A stretch of 59,251 bases of DNA, the filler included, from Sphacelaria rigidula (taxonomy: Eukaryota): the NCBI GenBank assembly GCA_964200075.2. It is 9 parts of 9 records of this genome, joined end to end, with 100 filler letters (N's around TTAATTAATTAA, not from the genome) between each part and the next. Parts side by side here need not be neighbours in the genome. Positions count along the whole stretch, not along the records: positions 46,164 to 52,657 come from CAXNAA020019747.1; positions 52,758 to 59,251 come from CAXNAA020019748.1; 7 more parts are not named here. One strand, 5' to 3'. Under the pieces are notes generated by a model. The model saw nothing but the letters and a program-made list of their open reading frames with translations. It had not been told where the DNA came from and did no database searches. Below, piece by piece: positions 49,687 to 59,251 of the stretch. How positions within the stretch are numbered: position 1 is the stretch's first letter; the number at the start of each line of letters is the position of its first letter. A program made the position numbers and the translations under genes.

Positions 49687-52600
49687 GGTACTCCTGGTAT
49701 AAGTGGGACACCCTCGGCTGGGCCCTCTGTTCGCTCGCCGTATTGCTGGGGAGCCCTCATGGAGAGGAAAATCTACGTATATCATTTTTTTGTCATTTTC
49801 TATTACGGTGCTGAACATCGTCATGTTCTAATATAGCCTCTATGTTGCGTTGGAGGGCGTCTTTTCCTACCAGCTACACTACCAGGACATCTCGAGGACA
49901 CACGGTATTCCGGCCTCCCTTTCTGTCCTTCGTGTTCGTGGGTAGATATCTCCATACACGAAAAGCTGGAAAAAAATCTATTCAAGCATTTTTATAAACA
50001 AAACAGGACAGCTGCTGTGGGACAGCTGATGTACCCATTGCAGCAGAGAAGCCGCCACTGCAACAGCATCAAGAGCACGGCAACAACACCGGGCCCAGGG
50101 CTGCAAAGCTGATCCCAGCTCATGGGTCGACGAGCGTTGAATGCTGTAGGCGTAGCAGCAGCTTTACTACAGGCACCAGCGGACTCCCTGCTAGGACCAT
50201 CCCCCGCAGGCACAAGTGGGGGCACTCATAGCACCCGACCGCCCGCACGGGTAACGACCTCCAGCACAGCATCGTGCCCGACGCTGAGATTACAAAGGCC
50301 TGAGGGGACTTGGGGAGTAACGTGGACTCTGCGCGGCGGACATGGGGAGACTGCGGGGGAGGGAAAATGGGGAGGGGATACGGGAATGGATAGGTATGTG
50401 TGCAAGGAGGGGGGAGGTCGGGTAGCAGGTTTTACCGAACGACGAACAGAAAGGAAAGCATGTTTCGTTACAGACAGACAGTATATGTAACTACTATACT
50501 TGCTGAGGTCAGTACACCAGCGGTCAGCGGCCGGGTAGCACGTAGCAGGTGTACTACGTAGCCTACCGGCCAGCTCAAACACAGGTATAATGGATGGCGG
50601 TACATGTACTTTGTGTGAGATGTTTTCGCTGCAATGCAATGCGAGATCCAACTTAGATGCTGGGTGATATAGTTGCGTAAATTCTAGCTGGGTTTGCATG
50701 TAGCAGCGACCGTGTTGATGTTGGCAACGCAATCGTTCCTGTTCGTGCCTTACGCATAAGCTCTGGTGAAGCGGCTGTAGAGTAGTTGGTGTCATGGTGT
50801 GTACAAAGCTGCAGGTCGGAGGGACCTGTGGTGATGTAAACTGGAATGTTCCGTGCTTCCCAAAAAAAACGCCATAGTGATCGTCGCCGTCTCGCAACTG
50901 GCATGCTTTTCCCTGTTCCGCACTTTATATCGCTATGGGATACGCGCAGATGCAGTAGTGCAACCCCCCCGCATGCAAGGCACATTGTTGGCAATTGCGG
51001 CCATGAAGCTCGTTCATGCGATTTTGTCGTCCAAACTGTCAATGGTTGACGCTTTAAAATTGCCGAACTCTCCCTCCCTCTAGCCCAGACCAGCCCTAAC
51101 CCGACGCAGACGGACATATTTCGGGCAAGGGGTATGAATGGGATATCCCCAAGGCAAGTGTGCACTGGTATATAGCTCGAATCGTCGCCCGCGGCGCCAA
51201 TTCGAGCACAGACGTGCTACGTACGTCGCTTGGGAATGTCAGCCCCCCGAAGATTCAAATCTCAGCGTCTATACTAGATCCTAATGAAACAACCATTATC
51301 TTTTTCTTCACCGAGAACCCGCGTAAACCCTCCGGGACTGCAGGTGGTTTCAATCGCTGCGGACAGGGGCGTGTAGCACCGTTAACCCCTTAACTGCGAA
51401 GGTGTTGATTTTTTGCCCGTATACGCCCCTCTTCACGGTGGACTTTCTTTACTCGGTTTTCAGGTCATGAATCTATCTGCAGTAGGGACCCGTAAAATGT
51501 CTCGGAATCAAAGAGTAATGATTATAGTGTGAATTCCCCCCATTCGTCGCCCAGAGCTCCGTCTCGAAAGGGATGGATGCGTGGTCAATGGTCAAACGCC
51601 GGAGGCAAGCATAAAGTGAGTCCCCCCCCCCCCTCTCCCATTTGTCGCCCAAGAAAGCATCCTGGGTGTATGGTGTAGTACAACTAGTAACGGCAGTTTA
51701 GGGTCACATCCCTTGAAAAAGCACCAGAGATTCATATAGTTGGCCCGCTACTGTAGGCAACTGCTTTGGGTACCTCCCTCTCCAAAGACAAGCACATGAC
51801 CATGCTACAACATGTGGCCCCTTGTGAGGTCGGCCCGGCCTTGAGTCGTGTGCCGCAAAAAATCCGGCCTACGAAGCGATCGGCCTGGTAGGGGTTTGAC
51901 CTCATAAGGAACCATCCACTGTTTTTCGCAATGTAGTGCGCATGTGCTGTACCCTCCAAGATCCGTGTTGCGGACTGTTCTCGTTACAATATTACTCCGC
52001 CTCCTCGCCAAGTTTTTTTTTGTTTACCCGCCCCTACATTCGAGGGGAGGTGCGTACACGCGACTGCGTCGTCAAACATCAGAGAACTTCTTGTTGACAC
52101 CCTATAGAACTGACGAAACCCTAACCAACACTCGAACCCCGACCCCAGGCAGATCGAACATCCTTGTATAAGGGGGATTCAGGGAGTAAAAAGTACCTTG
52201 CATCGAGAGTGCGACAGTAGAGCTTGCGGCCGGCGCCTACGTGAGCACAAACGCGCACTCGTCGCTGCTTGCGACTAGTAGCCACCAGAGGGTCCGAATA
52301 TTTGCGTATACACTTGACCCTAAGTCAAACAATCATGGATCATTTGACGGCGTGTCTTACCATTTTTTTTTCGATCGAAAAAACGAGGCGGTGGAATTGA
52401 GTCAAGTGAAAAATTATCGTTTTGATGCAGTTGGGTCCGGATAGATTTTCAAGCTTTCGATCGAAAAAAGACAGTGAAATTCGTGAAACGGTACATGGTC
52501 TGTATGTACTGTTTGCACTGCTTGTAGGGTGACTTGAGTGCGTGTGTCCGTGCTTGGTGCAGGAGAAGATAAAGGGGAAGCGGACAGTGTGCAGTGCAGA

Positions 52601-55084
52601 CAGCCCAAGACTATCAGTTCTCTCTGCTTACGATGCGACTGGATAATAACTTCAGCANNNNNNNNNNNNNNNNNNNNNNNNNNNNNNNNNNNNNNNNNNN
52701 NTTAATTAATTAANNNNNNNNNNNNNNNNNNNNNNNNNNNNNNNNNNNNNNNNNNNNGGGGGCAGTGGCCGATCGTCATCGACGGGATGTGTTTAGGCGC
52801 ATTTTTTTCAGACCTTTCGTACAAAACGTAGCAGATTTCAACGCCACAGTTCTGAAGTAACATGCAGTCGGACTTACATTGTGCAGTTTGTCGACATAAT
52901 CGACAGCTCGGCTGTCGCCATTTATCATGCCGATTCTTATGACAGGCAAGAATAACCTGACACGAACTTTGATGTGGTCCAGATGCGTCGGGTTACGGCC
53001 CAAACGCAGACACCTCCGAATGTCGTGCTTCAGCTGTTAAGATGATTGCAGGACATCTTCGCGTTTTTCTGGTGGCCATTTTTAATTTTGGCCGAACGAA
53101 CACCTTCGTACGCGATTGTTGACACCTGCGATTGTATTGCTGCACTCGTTGAGACGGTTCAAAAACGCCTTTGCGTGTTTTCCGGTGGCCGCAGGTGATT
53201 TTTGCAACAATTTCATTTTTTCCCAAGAACGGTTGGTCTGTTGGATAAAACACGGGACCTTTTGTTTCCCGGCTGACCGTGCTCGGACAAACAAACGAGC
53301 CTGGCAATTGTTCTACCTCTGTCCGCCTTCAAACGCAAAGTGTCTTGGGATCGTCCGAGCGAATACGGAAAGACATGTGAAGGACCAGAAAGACGACTTT
53401 ATAGATTTATGTTGTTGTTGACCAGCATCAGCTGTGTCAGAGAGGAAATTTTTTCGAATAAAAAGTCTGTAACATCGGAGAATAACAACCGCGTCAACCG
53501 TTGCTGCTGCCTGCGTGCCTTCGAACAGCTTTAAACGATGTCGGCGAGACTCTTTCCCCCCGCAAAACGTACGACAAGCTTTACATGTTAGTTGGGATCA
53601 TAACCTCGGTCCAGGAGAGGACGGGGAGCGATGCCATCACGGGGGAACAAATAGCAAAGGAGTTCACGAACGTGAGTAGTGTAATGTGAAATACGAGGTA
53701 CTACAAAACCGGGTCTGCATTACACGGGGACGATAGTTGGTATTGGGTCATGTTTAAAGTCGTGTTGTACCATATGTGCGCCGCGGGTCATGTACGTTAC
53801 ATCTCGGAACCGAGTCAAGTCCGCTTGTATTGTTGTAAATTAGTTGCCGGACGTTTTACGACGCGTGTACTGCGTCTCCCACCCGCTCGTACGCCGAGAA
53901 ACAATCCAGGGAGATGTGAACGACGCATCCGTTGGGGAGGCCGGCGGCGAGGGTGAGGAGGGCCGGGACCGCCCAGCAGCGGGTAGTCGCGAGGGTAAAG
54001 TGTGCGAGTCGTGCAACCCCCCACCCTACACGTCAGGTGAGAGTGAAATTAGCGCACATAGAGTATCTAGTCGCAGGGCGGGCACCGAGATACACACCCA
54101 TCGACGAAAGCATTGCTCGCGAGACTGTCGATCGATTCGCCGCCGACATACATTCCTCTGTCCCCATTCCCGCAGGTACCGATGCACGCACTGCAGGGTT
54201 GCACACCATACGCTCTGCGACCTGCTCGTCCCTATCTCAGAAGATGCGACTCTGGCCGAGCGAAAAAAGCGCCTTTGCATATATCGTGCGAGGGCGAGCC
54301 CGAGCGCCGGAAGAGGAAAGAATCTCAGGATCCAGCCGGAGGCGGCGTCACATCAAATAGCGGGAAGAAAGCGAGGAAGGCAAGCGTTCCCCGACCGACC
54401 GCTGGCGCCATCATGGAAGAGCAAAGGTGCGAAGATCGAAGATCCAGCCGAGCGTTCCCCCGTGTGAAAACAGTCGCCGGTGAATTTCATCTTTTCGACG
54501 CGTGTCTCTCAGCGAGTGTCCTTGGCCACATAACCCTTACTTCCTCGCGGATACACCAACGATAGAAATTACCGATCGGTTGGCAACTATGGCTGTGTCG
54601 CGTTCATACTCTCGGAGTACACCGTGAGAGTGTTCCTACGTCAGGGTGGGGGAGGGGAGGGGCGTGGCGGCGTAAGGCATCACCGTAGGTCTTGATCAGA
54701 CCACAACACTCGATACATATTGTTGTCTTCTATACTGTGTTTTTTTGTCACCGCTCTTATAATACTTGCGGTTTTGTTTGTGCCACGATTCGTCGAATTT
54801 GACAATGTGCCGATGTAGACCCCCCCCCGCCCCTCCCCAAGAGTTGCGCTCGTAACAAAAACACAACACAGGGTAACGCAATGAGACCATACATGAAAGG
54901 GAGTCAGCGTTAACTGCAGGCTAATAAAAATGAAAGCGGAAGTACGTAATGATGCCCCGTCGGGTAGGGTGCGTGTTCCGACGGTGCGTTGGTTGTCCGC
55001 CTCAGGATCGCACTTCACCCGCGTTCTTCCGTCGGGTATCGATATGTACCGTGTGGAATGAATGACCTTTGTTTTTTCGCACAG

Positions 55085-55290
55085 GCGCAAGAATTCTACC
55101 ATGCACGCGGTAAACCTACTTCGTAGAGGGTGTGAGCTCATCGATGGAGGCGACCCCCTGTCTGTGGCACGCCAGCCAAAGCTCATCCTCGTCTCCTTGG
55201 ATGCCGAGAAAAGCATTCTGACACTAACAGACGACCACGTGAAAAGGTACTTCAAGCGGTTCGTGGGCAAACTGCTGAGCGCCTTGCGTC
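55085..55290 (+). pseudogene. Candidate upstream exon (N-terminal header domain?) of the CR-type pseudogene
   Basis: Acceptor ttttttcgcacag| followed by protein-like RKNSTMHAVNLLRRGCELIDGGDPLSVARQPKLILVSLDAEKSILTLTDDHVKR. Linkage to the downstream exon is not demonstrated. Confidence 0.35.
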
Positions 55291-56201
55291 TTTTGGGGAC
55301 GATCGCATTTGCCGTGCCGCGGCCGTGGTTCCCGCATGGAAATCGAATCAGAGATACCACCCCACACGCAATACATAGAGGGGGAAATGCGGGATTTAAA
55401 TGAAGGTGGTATGGCATCGTTTGGTACCTAGAATTATAGCGAGAAAACGACCGCTATGCTCGGAAATAGATGGTGGCCACAGAAGGTGAAGCAGGAAGGG
55501 GATAAGATGTGTAAAGAACTTTGTGTCATGTATGCAAGAAGCGTCATGAGTGCCCGAATGTTGGAGCTATTCATTAGTTGTAGGAATGGTGCTCGGGCTA
55601 AGTGTCGCGCGGTCAATGGTCAAATGGCGAAGGCAAGCAAAAAACGAGTAGCCCCCCCCCCACCCCCCACCCCCCCGCCCGACCGCCCCACCCCGCCCCG
55701 GCCGTCGCTGTCGCCGGCCCGTCTGCACCACGTCACAGACGCCATCACTCAAGACCAAACCATGGCGCTCGGAGAAGATCCTGTCCTCATCGAATATTCA
55801 CCCCCCGTGGGGGCTCTTGGAAAAGAGAAGAGAAATACGTGTCGCAGACGCTCTCTCCCCCTGAGTTTCGTGTGTTTTTAACCTTACCGAACTTGCTTGG
55901 TGGTGGGTTTGGCCTATTTCACCATGGCCTGCGTTCGGACCTCGGATACGCTGCCCATCTTTCACGCTCATCATTCGTTTGTTGACCCGCAACATGACCG
56001 TGTGTTTGTTCATCATATCTCGTGCCTTTGGCGAAGCAGGGCCAATTGTGCTATTTGCTTGATGCAATGCCCGTCGTTTCATTATTGCTCCCTTGTGCGA
56101 TTGCTGTAATCGGCTTCGCCGGCACAATGGTGTTGCTCATCCACGGTATCTGACGCCTTCCTATTCCGCCGTCGTCCGCTTTGATCCTGTGCCCGTTGTA
56201 G

Positions 56202-57584
56202 CCGACAACAACGTCACAGATTTTGCGGCCACACTCACCGAAGCCGTGGTAAACAACAACACCCTGGAACTGGTAAACGACACCCTGGGTGATCCGATGC
56301 TCGGATCCAAGCTGGTTATCCGCCCTTGTTACAAGGAATTATCCGAGATTATCTTGGACGGTGCTAGGCTTGTACCTGCTGTACCTGCTTCGATGCCAAG
56401 GGAGAACGGTTGTGTTCGAACGGAAGGGCTTCTGGTACCGTTTTAGTGATGAAGGAGTGGCCGAGGGAGAGTTTTCTAGTTCCAAGACGGCGGGGTATTT
56501 GACAGGAGACCCAACGGCTTGGTATTTGAGTGACCCGAAGGACCGGCCGGAAGAGATGTTCAGGGGTACAACGGTTGTGTTGGTGTCGCCCAAGGCGATC
56601 AGGGTCAACGAGTTCATGATACAGGTCAAATCCATTCGGCTTTTCATGGGAGTGTGAGGCCTGGGTGAGCTGTTGGAATGTCAGCGAGCTATTTTTCCTC
56701 GTGCACGATGTTCCGACGTGCAGGATGCTTTTCGTGATGTGGGAGGTGTGGCTAGAGCAGAGCCAGCTCAAACTTCTGAAAGGAAAAATGGTGATAGCGG
56801 CAGAAAGCTAAGTTTGGATCGGCTACGAGACGCAGTTCAGCCTGTTCAGACACCCTCCAGCACCGAAGGCCTTGGTGACGTGCTCTTTCATATCTTTCAG
56901 GACGATACAAACGGTTTCTGCGAATGCAAGGTCACCGTTGCCGGTGAATTCGCCGCAAAATCGATTTCTGAACAACTTTCCAAGAGGGGAACGACGGCGA
57001 TCGGAAATTAAATGGCGGTCCTTAGCGGGGACGAAAAACTTCGAACGGCGGTTGGACCAAATGTTTGGGCTTCTTTGTTTGAACAGTATGCTTGCTCACA
57101 GTGTCATCGCCGGCGAGCCGGGGGGCGGTGGACGAGAGTTTAAAGTGAATATCCCTACAGGTGGATTGGGGGAGGGCCGATTGAGCTTGAATGTCGATGG
57201 ACGACACGAGCAATTTATTGGGGAGACTTCTCCTATGACTTTCAACATTTCGACGTACTATGTGCCGAAAAGTCGGACTTTTCAATCGATCGATTCGTTC
57301 GGTGTGGACGGGCCGAACAAAACCATATATTTCTTCCAAATGAAGTCTGCAGACGTGAAGACTGTGGAAGGGGACAAAGTAGAGGAGTACTGGACCACTG
57401 CCTCCGAGTTGGAGATCGATAGGTGCGTGTTGGTGTATGTGGTTCCAGTCGGCGAAAGATGGGAACGGGCTAAAAAGAATTGCGAAGAGGTGATGGGCTT
57501 CCCGGAGCGAGCGATGTCTTCACGAGGACCTGTCGTGTATGCGTTATGGAGCTGTCGTTTGCTTCTGGCGGCAGTGTAGCGTAA
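56202..57584 (+). pseudogene. Crinkler/RHS-type (CR) P-loop NTPase + PD-(D/E)xK-like REase pseudogene
   Basis: Stitched translation: KLVIRPCYKELSEII/[Walker A missing]/TVLGLYLLYLL..TVVFER..WYLSD..TVVLVSPK..FMGV*..ELL..VGGVAR..LFHI..SLFEQYA/HSVIAG..YYVPKSRTFQSIDSF..IYFFQMK..VLVYVVP../VCVMEL. Stops at 56655-56657 and 57009-57011, plus several frameshifts. Confidence 0.85.
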
Positions 57585-59251
57585 CCTGGTACGCAAGAAA
57601 GTTCAAGATAGTGCTTTTACCATCCTCCACCATGCTTCCTACGATTTCAAGTTGGGAGTGGGTGTTTGTTCTAGGCAGCTCCGATAGCCGTAGTAGCGAC
57701 GACCGAATATTCGCCAACAACTAACTGCTTCGTTGTACATCATCACCCTCTGATTGAGGTCTTCCTCTATCTCAGGCTCTCACTCCAGGATTGGCAAAGC
57801 AATCTCTAGTTTCTGCTGTGTGTGCTACTTCGTTGCCCAAGGGAACTGCTCTGTTTGAACGCAAGAGCGTGTGGTGTGTCGATTAAGTGATGAAGGAAGG
57901 GTTGACGCAAGGAATTCAATTTAGACACGTTTGCAAGAGATGGGTTATATATCTGGATGATCACGTGACCAGCTGGCATAAGAGTGCAATGTCAGTCAAT
58001 GTAGAGTCAAAATGATGCCGATTCACAAAAACAAAACTCGTCAGGGGGTTCCAAAAGGATTAATAAGTATAGACATTGGATTATCCAGACCCGGGCGGGA
58101 AAAGAGGAAAATATCAACACCTTGACCCAACGTAAAAAAATTACGAAGCGTCCCTGGAAGCAAAGAGGTGTGCGGTAGTCCCACCGGCCCATTGTTTCAT
58201 CGATAGTTCATGTGCATTTATTTTTCCATCTTGCTAAAAGTGTCCCAAGACTCGAGAGATACAGGTCAAAGCCAAAGGCGGCAGTGCTGAACAAGCTGAT
58301 ATTATTGCTGCACCGAAGTACGTCAAGTCTTCATGCAAAATCTGCTCTCTTCATACAGTTGCGGCCCGGAGATCAAATACGTCAAAATCGTGTCGAGGCT
58401 CAGTTTCTTATTTCATCACCGCCGTTGAGCATAGGTTACTATAGATTTTTTTTTCGCGCAGCGATAGTGGAGTTTTTTTTTTTCAAAAAAACTATTTCTC
58501 CTGGTTCCTGCCTGTGTGTGCGCACCTTAGATAACACCCCTCTGCTGACCGAGGCCTGGATTAATTACTGATCTTATTTCCTTGTTTGTTCTTTCGTTTG
58601 TTCGTTCGTTCCGTGCCCTTTTAGCACACCTTTTCGCCGATTTAGAAACCGTTTGGGCACCGATTCCAGTGCAGAAAAGTGCACAACCTCCCCATTTTTT
58701 TGAGAAAGCCTGTGGGGTCTTTCGCTCTGCTAATCGAAGCCCGGTTCAGCTGTTGACAGTCGTTTTGTCCTCTCTTTGGAGGTAGCCTTGTGAGCCAGCC
58801 TGAACCATGCAACCGGGTACATCGCCACAACACACGCGATGATGCACACGACAGACACATGAAAGACCAGAGACAAGCTCCCACAGCAGGGGTAGAGCAG
58901 TGTCTGCTATGGTGACCACCTTTCAGCAGCACAGAAAGGCCCTTCAACCTCGTGTGTGGTGGTGTCCGCAAGGCAAAACGAACACAGACGGCGGTTTGGT
59001 TTTTGATTTTTCACCTCGGCACACACGAGGTACCAACTTTGATGCTCATGGTGGAGGCGTAAGGACGGAGCTTGTCCTGTACAGCTCCCGGCTTTCACTA
59101 TCTACATATAACAGCGAATTGTGCGAATTAAGGTTTAACTCCGAGATGAGGTTCAAGTGGGCAACCCGACTTGCGAACTGTTTGTAGTAGAAGTACCGAG
59201 GACAAGCTCTTATTCGGAAGAAGTAACCTGTGGAGGTGAACACGTAACACG

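Noticed and set aside
50030..50300. Possible exon on the minus strand (GLCNLSVGHDAVLEVVTRAGGRVL*)
   Set aside because: An acceptor-like site is present, but there is no recognisable homology or linking exon.

Overview
Eukaryotic, intron- and repeat-rich DNA. The GT-AG exon structure, TTAGGG-type repeats and repeat landscape suggest a stramenopile, probably a brown alga (inference only). The window is not one locus: it is nine unrelated contigs of 6494-6496 bp in descending length order, joined by artificial 100-bp N44-TTAATTAATTAA-N44 spacers. Manual splicing recovers five partial genes that the ORF track misses or mis-frames: a C5orf34-like gene (-), three exons of an ABCG transporter (-), five exons of SPT6 (+), the last two exons of a Sec63-domain protein (+), and the first four exons of an unidentified, probably mitochondrion-targeted protein (-). 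The last contig holds a pseudogenised Crinkler/RHS-type (CR) P-loop NTPase + restriction-endonuclease-fold gene whose Walker A appears deleted through a GACGG microhomology. The rest is dominated by non-autonomous elements: TTAA-flanked piggyBac-like MITEs, a tRNA-derived SINE, foldbacks, two elements filled with CRISPR-looking but spacer-less hairpin arrays, and two related G-run-headed repeat families that sit next to splice sites. No rRNA, intact tRNA or genuine CRISPR array was seen.
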